Shown here: positions 7,054-15,577 of the stretch, piece by piece
Layout: every line of letters begins with the position of its first letter
Numbering within the stretch: position 1 is the first letter of the stretch
Assembly (NCBI GenBank): GCA_029269845.2
Contig: CP149973.1
Span: 690,001-722,000 of the forward strand
Origin: Opitutia bacterium KCR 482
GTDB taxonomy: Bacteria > Verrucomicrobiota > Verrucomicrobiia > Opitutales > Intestinicryptomonadaceae
Direction of reading: 5' to 3'
DNA length: 32,000 nucleotides
Translations under genes and position numbers: made by a program
Notes under the pieces: model-generated
The model's database searches: none
Seen by the model: the letters and a program-made list of their open reading frames with translations, nothing else
What the model was told of the DNA's origin: nothing

Positions 7054-8196
7054 ATGTATATGACTGGGAAATTACTAACATTTGCGGGAGTTCTGTCGCT
7101 CTCCATTCTGCTCTCGGCGTGCTTCGAAAAAAAGGGCAAGCAGACGGAGGCAACCCAATACAACACGGTCGAAGTGGCGAACCCCGAAGTCAAAAAAATC
7201 GAAATTTGGGACTCCTACACCGCGCGAATCGAGGGCGAAAAATCGGTCGAAATTCGCTCGCGCGTCAGCGGATACCTCGAAAAAATCTACTTCAAGGACG
7301 GCGATTTCGTCAAGGCGGGCGACATTCTCTTCGAAATAGACCCGCGCCCATTTCAGGCTCTCGTCGAAGCCTCGCAGGCGGAAGTCAAGGAGATTGAAAC
7401 GCGCATCGAGCTTGCGCAAAGCAACCTCGAAAGAGCCCGCAACCTCTACGAGGTAAACGCGATTTCCAAGGAAATTCTCGACACCCGCAAAAGCGAGCTT
7501 CTCGCCGCGCAGGCAGTGCTAAGCAGCGCGAAGGCGAAGCTCAAAGAGGCGACGCTCAACCTCGAATTCACAAAGACATACTCGCCGATTTCGGGCTATA
7601 TCAGCCGCAGGCGCGTTGACGAGGGCAACCTTATCGACGCCTCGTCCACCCTCATGGCGATGGTAGTCTCGCGCGACACCGTCTACGCGTATTTCGAAAT
7701 CAGCGAGCGCGACGTTATAAAATACACGAAAAACAAGCTCTTCGACTCAATCGACACCGCAAAGCACACAGGCCCCGCCGTGAAGCTCTTGCTGCTCGAC
7801 GAAACCGAGCCGTCGCACTTCGGCTGCGTTACATATGTGGACAACACCCTGAACGCGTCGTCAATAGAGCTTAGGGCGGAAATTTCAAACGACAAAAAGC
7901 AGCTCTACCCCGGAATGTTCGCGAAAATCCTCCTGCGGGCGGGCGAACCCGTCGAGCACATGCTCGTGCCCGAAGCGGCGGTAGGCACCGACCTCGTGGG
8001 CAGGTATGTGATGGTCGTAAACGACAAGGACATCGCCGAATACCGCGCGGTTGCGGTCGGCGAACTTTTCGGGAACAAGCGGATAATACTCGATGGGCTG
8101 AAAGCCTCCGACCGCGTTGTGGTAAGCGGGCTGCACAGGGCAACGCCGCACAGCAAAGTAAAACCCGTGAAAAGCGCGGAGTCCGAAAATAAATGA
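7054..8196 (+). CDS. RND efflux periplasmic adaptor (MFP, AcrA/MexA-like) lipoprotein
   Basis: Lipobox ILLSAC after a hydrophobic leader. Biotinyl-lipoyl-like block (VSGYLEKIYFKDGDFVKAGDILFEIDPRPF) and coiled-coil hairpin region. Its stop overlaps the RND start (ATGA at 8193-8196). Confidence 0.92.
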   Translation: MYMTGKLLTFAGVLSLSILLSACFEKKGKQTEATQYNTVEVANPEVKKIEIWDSYTARIEGEKSVEIRSRVSGYLEKIYFKDGDFVKAGDILFEIDPRPFQALVEASQAEVKEIETRIELAQSNLERARNLYEVNAISKEILDTRKSELLAAQAVLSSAKAKLKEATLNLEFTKTYSPISGYISRRRVDEGNLIDASSTLMAMVVSRDTVYAYFEISERDVIKYTKNKLFDSIDTAKHTGPAVKLLLLDETEPSHFGCVTYVDNTLNASSIELRAEISNDKKQLYPGMFAKILLRAGEPVEHMLVPEAAVGTDLVGRYVMVVNDKDIAEYRAVAVGELFGNKRIILDGLKASDRVVVSGLHRATPHSKVKPVKSAESENK

Positions 8197-11100
8197 AATT
8201 TTCGCATTTTTTCATAGACCGCCCGATTTTCGCTGGGGTAATATCGATTCTCATAACGTTCGTCGGCGCGCTCGCGTACCTCGGTCTTCCGATTACCCAG
8301 TACCCGAACATTTCGCCGCCGACAATCGTGGTCTACGGAACGTACAAGGGCGCGTCGCCCGAAGTCATCATGGACACGACAATCGCGCCGCTCGAACAGC
8401 AGCTCAACGGCGTGGAGGGCATGGCGTACATGAGCAGTCTGGCGCGTCCGAACGGCTCGTGGAACATCGTCATCACGTTCGAAACGGGCGTGGACGTCAA
8501 TCTTGCGCAGATTCTGGTGCAAAACAAGGTCATGCAGGCGCAAAACCGCGTGCCGAAGGAAGTGCGCGACATCGGCATAAACGTAAGGAAACGCTCGCCC
8601 GACATTCTGCTTACAATCAACCTGTTCTCGCCCAAGGGCACGCGCGACAAAGTGTACCTTTCAAACTACGCAATCACGCAGTTGCAGGACAGGCTCTCGC
8701 GCGTGTACGGCGTGAGCGAATTCACGACGTTCGGGTCGAAGGAATACAGCATGCGCATTTGGCTCGACCCAGACAGGCTCTCGGCGGTCAACCTCTCGCC
8801 CATGCAGGTGATTTCGGCGTTGCAGGAACAGAACAAGCAGGTCGCCGCGGGCAGCCTCAACAAGCCGCCGCTCGAAACGGGAGCGGCGTTCGAGCTTCTC
8901 ATCAACGCGCAGGGCAGACTTTCGACCGAAAAGGAGTTCGGCGACATCATCGTGAAATACCAGCCCGACGGGCGCATAGTGCATTTGCGCGACATCGCGC
9001 GGGTGGAGCTTGGCGCGTACGACTACGAAAACGAATCTTTCGTCAACTTGAAGCCGTCTGTGACGCTGGGCATGTACCAGCTCCCGGGGACGAACTCAAT
9101 CGAGACCGTCAAGAGAATCCGCGCCGAGCTTAAAGACATGAAAAAGGGCTTCCCCGACGACGTCGACTACGCAATCAGCTACGACGCGACGGAATATGTC
9201 AAGGACTCTATCGACGCGGTGTACCGCTCGATTTTCGAGGCTGTGCTGCTCGTAGTGGTCGTGGTGCTGCTGTTCCTGCAAAACTGGCGCGCGGCGGTGA
9301 TTCCGCTGTTCGCGATTCCCGTTTCGATTGTGGGAACATTCGCGGTTATGAAGGCGTTCGGGTTCACAATCAACAACCTGACGCTTTTCGGGCTGGTGCT
9401 GGCAATCGGGATTGTCGTGGACGACGCAATCGTAGTCGTCGAAAACGTGGAGCGCAACATGAAGGGCGGCACGCCCGTGAGGGAGGCTACGAGGCGCGCA
9501 ATGACGCAAATTCAGGGCGCGCTTGTGGCAATCGTGCTCGTGCTGAGCGCGGCGTTTATCCCGACAATGTTCCTGAGCGGCATTTCGGGGCAGTTCTACC
9601 GCCAGTTCGCGCTGACGGTGGCGTCGAGCACAATAATTTCGGGGCTTGTGTCCTTCACGCTGACCCCCGCGCTCTGCGCCCTCTTCCTCAAAGACGGACA
9701 CGCCGAAAAACGCGGAGTCTTCGACATCGTCTGGCACTACACAATAGGATACCCCCTGCGCTGGTTCAACGCGGGCTTCGACTTCACCGCGTCCGCATAC
9801 GGAAAACTCGTGAAGCTGCTGCTCAAATGCGCAATCCTCATGGTGCTTGTCTATTTCGGGCTTCTGTGGGCTACGGTAAACCTCTTCAAGGAAACGCCTT
9901 CGGGCTTCATTCCCAAACAGGACAGGGGCTTTTTCAGCGCAAGGTTCGAGCTTCCCGCGGGCGCAAGCTTCGAAAGAACGCTCAACGTGATGGACAGGGC
10001 GGGCAAAATTCTCGACAAAGAGATGAAGGGCACGCGGCTTCTGACGACAATCGCGGGCGACAATATGTCGAACTTGGGACGCGCCTCGTTCAGGCTCGAA
10101 GACAAGCGCGAGCGCGAGGCAAAGGGCGAAGACCTCGAAACGCTCATGAAGCTTGCCAACAAAATCCTCAACGAAAACATCACCGAGGCAAAAATCAACC
10201 TCTACACGCCCGCGGTAGTTCCCGGAATGGCGTCGGGCGGCGACATCAAGTTCCAGCTGCAAGACAGGGCGGGGCTTGGCTTCGGGGCAATCGAAAAATA
10301 CAAAAACATAATGATTGCCGAAATGGAGAAATTGCCGTGCATTTCAAGCGCATACTCCACATTCAAACTGACCAACCCGCAGCTGTACATCGACATCGAC
10401 CGCGAGCGCGCGCAAAAGCTCAACCTCTCGATTGGCGACATCTTCACCACAATGCAGTACAACCTCGGCGCGGTGTACGTCAACGACTTCAACATTCTCG
10501 GACGCGTCTACCGCGTAATGGCGCAGGCGGAGGGCGGAAGCAGGCGCGACATCGCCGACGTCTACAAGCTGAAAATCCCCAACACGCGCGGCGAAAACGT
10601 GCAGCTTGGGTCGCTTGCGAGCATTCGCAGATACGTCGGGCCGAACGGGCTTTCGCGCTACAACCTCTACCTTTCGTCGGACATTCTCGGAAACGTCGCA
10701 AAGGGCTACACCACGGGCGAGGCAATCGGCGAGATCGAGGCAATCGCCGCGCGGGTGCTTCCCCCCGGAATGGGCATCGAATGGACGGACATCGCATACG
10801 AAGAAAAAAAGGCGGGCAACACATCTGTCTACATCTTCGCGATTTGCGCAATATTCGTCTTCCTGCTGCTTTCCGCGCTCTACGAAAGCTGGACGATTCC
10901 GCTGTCGGTAATACTAATCGTGCCGCTCGTGATTTTCTTCGCGCTGCTCGGCATAAACTACCGCGGATTCGGCAACGACCTCATGGCGCAAATCGGCTTC
11001 GTGGTGTTAATCGGGCTTGCGTGCAAAAACGCGATTCTCATCGTCGAATTCGCAAAACAGCGCGAAGACAAGGGAGAAACGCTCCAACACGCCCTCGCGG

Positions 11101-11327
11101 CGGCGTCGCAAAACAGGCTAAGACCGATTATGATGACGTCGTTTGCGTTCATATTCGGCGTAGTGCCGCTCGCCTACGGAATGGGTCCCGGCTGCGAACT
11201 CCGCCAGCCGCTGGGAACGTCGGTAATGTTCGGAATGGTCGGGGTTACGCTCTTGGGCTGCATTATGACGCCCGTGTTCTACTACATAGTGCGCAGAATC
11301 TTCGGACACCCGAAGCTCGAAAAATAA
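8193..11327 (+). CDS. RND efflux transporter permease (HAE1/AcrB-like)
   Basis: 1044 aa. MKFSHFFIDRPIFAGVISILI N-terminus, 12-TM layout with two large periplasmic loops, conserved VVDDAIVVVENVERNM and ACKNAILIVEFA blocks. Confidence 0.97.
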   Translation: MKFSHFFIDRPIFAGVISILITFVGALAYLGLPITQYPNISPPTIVVYGTYKGASPEVIMDTTIAPLEQQLNGVEGMAYMSSLARPNGSWNIVITFETGVDVNLAQILVQNKVMQAQNRVPKEVRDIGINVRKRSPDILLTINLFSPKGTRDKVYLSNYAITQLQDRLSRVYGVSEFTTFGSKEYSMRIWLDPDRLSAVNLSPMQVISALQEQNKQVAAGSLNKPPLETGAAFELLINAQGRLSTEKEFGDIIVKYQPDGRIVHLRDIARVELGAYDYENESFVNLKPSVTLGMYQLPGTNSIETVKRIRAELKDMKKGFPDDVDYAISYDATEYVKDSIDAVYRSIFEAVLLVVVVVLLFLQNWRAAVIPLFAIPVSIVGTFAVMKAFGFTINNLTLFGLVLAIGIVVDDAIVVVENVERNMKGGTPVREATRRAMTQIQGALVAIVLVLSAAFIPTMFLSGISGQFYRQFALTVASSTIISGLVSFTLTPALCALFLKDGHAEKRGVFDIVWHYTIGYPLRWFNAGFDFTASAYGKLVKLLLKCAILMVLVYFGLLWATVNLFKETPSGFIPKQDRGFFSARFELPAGASFERTLNVMDRAGKILDKEMKGTRLLTTIAGDNMSNLGRASFRLEDKREREAKGEDLETLMKLANKILNENITEAKINLYTPAVVPGMASGGDIKFQLQDRAGLGFGAIEKYKNIMIAEMEKLPCISSAYSTFKLTNPQLYIDIDRERAQKLNLSIGDIFTTMQYNLGAVYVNDFNILGRVYRVMAQAEGGSRRDIADVYKLKIPNTRGENVQLGSLASIRRYVGPNGLSRYNLYLSSDILGNVAKGYTTGEAIGEIEAIAARVLPPGMGIEWTDIAYEEKKAGNTSVYIFAICAIFVFLLLSALYESWTIPLSVILIVPLVIFFALLGINYRGFGNDLMAQIGFVVLIGLACKNAILIVEFAKQREDKGETLQHALAAASQNRLRPIMMTSFAFIFGVVPLAYGMGPGCELRQPLGTSVMFGMVGVTLLGCIMTPVFYYIVRRIFGHPKLEK

Positions 11328-11349
11328 CCCCTACCGCAAAAGGCTTTCA

Positions 11350-11382
11350 AGACGCCGCCGTTTCGGGCGGCGTCTTTTTTTT
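11350..11382 (+). terminator. intrinsic terminator
   Basis: AGACGCCGCC...GGCGGCGTCT stem followed by T8, 23 nt after the RND stop. Confidence 0.8.
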
Positions 11383-11545
11383 GCGAAAAAAATGCCTCAA
11401 AACGCACTCAAACGATTTACCGCGCTAACAGTTATCGTAAAATTTTTCTAAAAAAAACCAAAAACGCAAAATATTCAAAATGGGCGTGTTCTAAAACACC
11501 AAGCCGCCGCCGAATGAAAAAAATCCACAAAAAGAGACTTTTACG

Positions 11546-11574
11546 TTGACACTTTGTACAAAATCCCTTGTCAT
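11546..11574 (+). promoter_or_regulatory. candidate promoter with embedded palindromic operator upstream of the TetR gene
   Basis: TTGACA (11546-11551), 17-nt spacer, TGTCAT (11569-11574). The spacer contains the perfect 10-bp palindrome TTTGTACAAA (11553-11562). By eye only. Confidence 0.35.
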
Positions 11575-11643
11575 AGATAACATTCCGATAGTTTTCACGG
11601 AAAAGAAATAAACTGCATATTATACAAGTACAAGGGAACTATT

Positions 11644-12366
11644 ATGACAAAAAACCATTCCGCGCGCAAGGGCGCGAATATTCAGGGCACAAGAAAAAGA
11701 AGACAACTCCTCGAAGCGGCGGGCAAGGCGTTCGCCAACGGAGGCTATGCGGGAACGACAATCCGCGACATCGCGGAAATCGCAAACGTACAGCCCAGTG
11801 CGCTCATCTACCACTTCGACAACAAGGAAAACCTCTTCCGCGCAACCCTCCGCTACCACATCATCGAAAACGCGAACCTCGAAAAAATCGGCGAAGAATT
11901 CGACAACATCGACGTCAACAATCCGCAGACTTTCTCGGACTCGCTCTACGCGGCGACAAAGCGCATAATCGGCGCGTTCCACGGCCCGCGCGGCAAAGTT
12001 CCGCATTTGCTAGGGCTCGTGATTGCAATGCTCACCGACGGCGACAAGGAAACGAGCAGAATGGTCATGAAGCTCGGCGCGGACGCAATGGAAAAGGCGT
12101 GCACGCTGCTCGCGAAAATCCGCCCCGAACTCACCGCAACCGACGTTTTCTGGTGGAGACACCTTTATTGGGGACAGATTTTCTATACGCTCTACGGCGA
12201 ACCAATTTTGCTCGCCCGCATGTCGGAAAAGAAATACCCTCGCGAATTCCTCGACGCTCTCGCGCTGAGAATAACGACGGCATGCTGCACGTGGTTGCAC
12301 CTGCCCGCCCCCAACGGCAGCGCGCCGTGGGAATTGGGCAAATCGGCGGAACAGTCCGAAGAATAA
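11644..12366 (+). CDS. TetR/AcrR-family transcriptional regulator
   Basis: N-terminal HTH block LLEAAGKAFANGGYAGTTIRDIAEIANVQPSALIYHFDNKENLF is canonical TetR_N. Lies downstream of the RND pair. Confidence 0.9.
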   Translation: MTKNHSARKGANIQGTRKRRQLLEAAGKAFANGGYAGTTIRDIAEIANVQPSALIYHFDNKENLFRATLRYHIIENANLEKIGEEFDNIDVNNPQTFSDSLYAATKRIIGAFHGPRGKVPHLLGLVIAMLTDGDKETSRMVMKLGADAMEKACTLLAKIRPELTATDVFWWRHLYWGQIFYTLYGEPILLARMSEKKYPREFLDALALRITTACCTWLHLPAPNGSAPWELGKSAEQSEE

Positions 12367-12390
12367 CCCCGCAATTTCCGCTTTGCAAAG

Positions 12391-12423
12391 ACGGACACCC
12401 CGCAAAGGGCGTCCGTTTTTTTT
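12391..12423 (+). terminator. intrinsic terminator
   Basis: ACGGACACCC-CGCAAA-GGGCGTCCGT stem (one mismatch) followed by T8. Confidence 0.75.
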
Positions 12424-12526
12424 GCGAAACGGGCGCGGGCGGGCGGATACTAATAATATTCGATAGAAAAAGCTTGAATACGGCGGGCAAAACTTGAATA
12501 GTCCGCATTAGATTTTTTGACTTATT

Positions 12527-13258
12527 ATGGCGAAAACTTCACCCAAACTTACGCGCTGCAAAATCAGACTCGGCAAAGACCTCAACTGGTGGGTTACCGA
12601 AACAAACGACAAAATCAACTGGGACATCGACGGACTCAGCGTCATCGACCCCCGACAGGCGGCGCATCTGCTCGACACCCTCGACGGACTCCGCGAATAC
12701 GGGCTTGACGACTCGCTCGTGGAAAAGGCGTTCATTCCCTTCGCAATCGAATCGAAAACCGCCGACAACGACGTGAAAATAGTCCGCACCGACGACTCCG
12801 TTTTCGACGCCGACGAACAGCAGCTCTTCCTCCTGCCCGACATCCTCGACGACGAACGCTCGGCATACGCGGAATTTCTCGACCACATCACAAAGTTGCA
12901 GGTCAAAATGCTCAACGACACATTCCATTTCGAAAAGGACGTGGCGATTGAAGACCTCGAAGAGGAAATCCGCGAAAACTATTCCAACGACTACATGGAA
13001 GGGCGGGCAATCCACGTCTTCCACGAAGTTATGGACATTCTCGAATATGTCCCCGAAGGCTATTCGCTCGACGATGACGACGAAGAGGAAGACAAGGACG
13101 AAGAGGACAACTACGACATCGACGACCTCCCCGAAGAAGAGGAAAATATCGAAGAGGACGACACCATGCACTGGGACGACGACGACAACGCCGACGACGA
13201 CTACATGAACAAGCCCTACGACGGCGACGATATCAATTTCCTCGACGACGACGAATAA
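12527..13258 (+). CDS. hypothetical, extremely acidic protein with poly-D/E C-terminal tail
   Basis: 243-aa ORF with its own flanking terminators. The C-terminal ~70 aa are almost entirely D/E with interspersed aromatics (…DDDDEEEDKDEEDNYDIDDLPEEEENIEEDD…DDINFLDDDE). No family recognised. Confidence 0.7.
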   Translation: MAKTSPKLTRCKIRLGKDLNWWVTETNDKINWDIDGLSVIDPRQAAHLLDTLDGLREYGLDDSLVEKAFIPFAIESKTADNDVKIVRTDDSVFDADEQQLFLLPDILDDERSAYAEFLDHITKLQVKMLNDTFHFEKDVAIEDLEEEIRENYSNDYMEGRAIHVFHEVMDILEYVPEGYSLDDDDEEEDKDEEDNYDIDDLPEEEENIEEDDTMHWDDDDNADDDYMNKPYDGDDINFLDDDE

Positions 13259-13289
13259 ACAACGCGCTCCCAACTTTTAGAGGCATTTG

Positions 13290-13317
13290 GGCGTCCCAAT
13301 TCGGGACGCTTTTTTTG
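13290..13317 (+). terminator. intrinsic terminator
   Basis: GCGTCCC-AATTC-GGGACGC stem followed by T7. Confidence 0.75.
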
Positions 13318-13515
13318 TGCCCGTGCATTCAAATTCAGCCGCAAAACGGCGCAAAGATGGGGCGCGAAAGCGTCGGCGGAGCGCAAAAATCGGTTGACAA
13401 TTCATGCGGCGGGGAAACAATATTGGAATCCTTGAACAAGAAAGCCGCGGCGACACGGCACAGCGCCCCACCCCGCGAACACAATCCTGGCGCGCAAAAC
13501 GCGAAAGGCGCGTTA

Positions 13516-14127
13516 ATGGACAAAATCAGAATCCTCTACACTTCAATGAACGTACTCGCAACAATTTCCGCCGCGTCGGCATTCGTCTTTTTTTTCGCAA
13601 TGGGAAAGCCCGAATGGGCGACGCCCGAAAGCGGCTGCCTTGAAATCACGCAGGCAGTCATTCTTACCGCAACGCTTGCGATTTTCATTGCCGCGCTCTG
13701 TCGAAAGGGAAGCAAAAACGAAAAATGGATTACCCTTTTCATGGCGGTGCTCTGCTACGCGTTCATTCTGCGCGAGGTCGATTTCGACAAAATGGGGCTG
13801 CCCGACGCCCTCGTTTTCATGCTCTACGGACACGGGAGAACGGCGGCGATAGTCGCGGGCTTCGCGGTCGCGCTGATAGGAGCGGCGCTCAGTTTCAAGA
13901 CATACGTCAGGTCGTCGCTGCGCCTGCTGTTTTCAAAACGCGGATTCCTGCTTGCGGCGTCCTGCGCCATGCTCTGGACGGGCTACTTTTTCGAACACCA
14001 TACAAAGCTCGAAACAAACGAACTTCTCGAAGAGTTTTTCGAACTGATAGGCTACATTCTGCTGCTAACGGAAGCCTACAAGACGGAGAGAATCGCCGAG
14101 GGCAAAGACACGCCGCAAAACGCATAG
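13516..14127 (+). CDS. hypothetical integral membrane protein (about 5-6 predicted TM segments)
   Basis: Preferred start is the internal Met at 13516 (MDKIRILYTSMNVLATISAASAFVFFFA…). The upstream 67 codons of the 13315 ORF are R/A/G-rich, non-protein-like, and overlap the previous terminator. Several hydrophobic segments. No family recognised. Confidence 0.65.
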   Translation: MDKIRILYTSMNVLATISAASAFVFFFAMGKPEWATPESGCLEITQAVILTATLAIFIAALCRKGSKNEKWITLFMAVLCYAFILREVDFDKMGLPDALVFMLYGHGRTAAIVAGFAVALIGAALSFKTYVRSSLRLLFSKRGFLLAASCAMLWTGYFFEHHTKLETNELLEEFFELIGYILLLTEAYKTERIAEGKDTPQNA

Positions 14128-14267
14128 ACGGCGAGCATGGTTCTTTCGCCCTGTGGGCCGATGAGGCGGCCGGCATACTGGCGACAATATGCCAAAAATC
14201 CACAGCGCAAACGCGCAAGCGAAGCCGACGAAGAATCTTCCACGGCGCGAATCGGCGGCATGCGGGC

Positions 14268-14300
14268 AAAAAAAAATCGGCGGAGCTTCGCGCTCCGCCG
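14268..14300 (-). terminator. intrinsic terminator
   Basis: Minus strand: CGGCGGAGC-GCGAA-GCTCCGCCG followed by ATTTTTTTTT. Lies 13 nt after the TAG at 14313-14315, not after the TAA at 14406-14408. Confidence 0.8.
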
Positions 14301-14312
14301 AAATGCGACCGG

Positions 14313-14405
14313 CTATTTTCTCCTGCGGCAAACCGCCAATCCGACGGCGATTGCCCCGAAGATTGCCGCCCATTCGGCGGGTTCGGGAATCGCCGTGGCG
14401 AAGTA
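14313..14405 (-). pseudogene. orphaned PEP-CTERM sorting-signal segment, in frame with the upstream CDS but behind a TAA stop
   Basis: Direct translation of the minus strand after the TAA (14406-14408) gives YFATAIPEPAEWAAIFGAIAVGLAVCRRRK, then TAG (14313-14315). PEP motif plus hydrophobic helix plus RRRK is the canonical PEP-CTERM architecture. Confidence 0.75.
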
Positions 14406-15347
14406 TTAGTTTTTGCCGTCTATCTCGGTTTTTCCGAATTTGAGCCTGTCGTCGCCCATTTTGTTGCCGTCGGAATCGATAAACGAAATCATCTGCGACT
14501 TTGACGCATGGGTTATCGTGATTGTACCGTCGGCAAAACCGTCGGACGTTACTATATTTTCGAGAAAATACACCGTGCCGTCGATATTTCCGTTAACTAG
14601 CGTTATGAAGCCTTCCTTTACCGTGTCAGGCAAGTAGCCGGTTGCGCCGTTTACGAACAGGGACGCGCCGTCCGTGATGGATAGGTTGAAGACGCCCTTG
14701 ATATTGGAGCGGATGTCGAGGTCAATCGTCTGGTTGGCGGACATGTTCAGGTTGAATTGCCCGCGGGCGTCGTTGACAAAAAGGCGCACCAATTTTGTGT
14801 AGGAAGAGCTTGAAACGGAAATGGCGTTTGCCTTGTTCAAGTTTAAAGTCACAACTCCGAATTGCCCCGCAATTGCATCGGAAACAATTGTTCCGAGATA
14901 CCCGCTATCGACATTTACCGTAAGATTTCCGGTGAAATTTGCCGTTTCCCCATAACTCGCCGAAAAACCGTTTTTCAAAGTCATGCCCGCCGTTGCGCCG
15001 TTTTGGAAGTTTATTACGGAAGTCCCTTTTGTGCCGAGCGCGTAATCGCCGCTTGCCACCTGTCCCGCCCCGCTAATGACAAGATTCTTGCTGTCCGTCG
15101 GAGTAAAGTTGAGGGTGATGTTTTCGAGAACCAAAGGGCCGTCGCTCGGATTCGTGGTTATACTGTCCACCGAACCGGTGTTTACGCCGTCCGTGCCTGT
15201 AAGGTAATAGCCTGTTATATACTGTTTGGGATTGGTATTGTACTTCCCGAACTGGCCTGCGGTTTCGGTAAAACGAAAGTCGTCCGCAAAAAGCGAAGCG
15301 ACCGATAACGCCGAAAGCGTTGCGAATATTAGTTTTTTCGTATTCAT
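14406..15347 (-). CDS. secreted repeat-rich (beta-helix-like) protein, apparent PEP-CTERM protein truncated before its anchor
   Basis: Signal peptide MNTKKLIFATLSALSVASLFA. AAGGAG lies 6 nt upstream of the ATG at 15347; the ORF-track start at 15353 sits directly against the SD. G/N/T/S-rich degenerate repeats. Ends ...EIDGKN-TAA. Confidence 0.8.
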   Translation of the reverse strand: MNTKKLIFATLSALSVASLFADDFRFTETAGQFGKYNTNPKQYITGYYLTGTDGVNTGSVDSITTNPSDGPLVLENITLNFTPTDSKNLVISGAGQVASGDYALGTKGTSVINFQNGATAGMTLKNGFSASYGETANFTGNLTVNVDSGYLGTIVSDAIAGQFGVVTLNLNKANAISVSSSSYTKLVRLFVNDARGQFNLNMSANQTIDLDIRSNIKGVFNLSITDGASLFVNGATGYLPDTVKEGFITLVNGNIDGTVYFLENIVTSDGFADGTITITHASKSQMISFIDSDGNKMGDDRLKFGKTEIDGKN

Positions 15348-15540
15348 GTGCATCTCCTTTTTTCAGAATGATAAATTTATAACAAGCGACAGTATAGTTG
15401 TCAACGAAAATCGCCAACATTTTTTAACATTATACAAAAATTTAAAAAACGAAATAAATCGAAATCGAATCGGTGCGCCAATTTGCGGCTTGCCGTCCGC
15501 ATCGGGCGGGCGCGGCGGAAAATATTTGGATATTTCGAGC

Positions 15541-15569
15541 TTGCCATATTTCCGCGGCGCGCATATAGT
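15541..15569 (+). promoter_or_regulatory. candidate sigma70 promoter directly abutting the esterase start codon
   Basis: TTGCCA (15541-15546), exactly 17-nt spacer, TATAGT (15564-15569). The ATG at 15578 lies only 8 nt after the -10. Confidence 0.45.
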
Positions 15570-15577
15570 GCAATGTT

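Noticed and set aside
9096-11428. Long ORFs (388 aa minus strand, 533 aa plus-strand alternative frame) inside the RND permease gene
   Set aside because: They overlap an unambiguous 1044-aa AcrB-like CDS. They are Arg/His/Gly-rich with no domain-like features.
13315-13515. N-terminal 67-codon extension of the membrane-protein ORF
   Set aside because: The extension begins inside the preceding terminator's T-run. It is polar, Arg/Gly-rich and unlike the hydrophobic body. A TTGACA-containing promoter-like site (13394-13421) lies within it. The start at 13516 is preferred.
14065-14373. 102-aa minus-strand ORF in the spacer after the membrane-protein gene
   Set aside because: It spans the terminator hairpin and lies in a different frame from the PEP-CTERM segment. 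Its composition is R/G/P-rich, so it is judged spurious.
14406-14408. TAA stop-codon reassignment as the explanation for the in-frame PEP-CTERM continuation
   Set aside because: TAA terminates well-conserved genes at their expected ends in this same window (cysK ...LYSD-TAA, the esterase, the DUF3034-like gene). A global recoding is therefore not supported.
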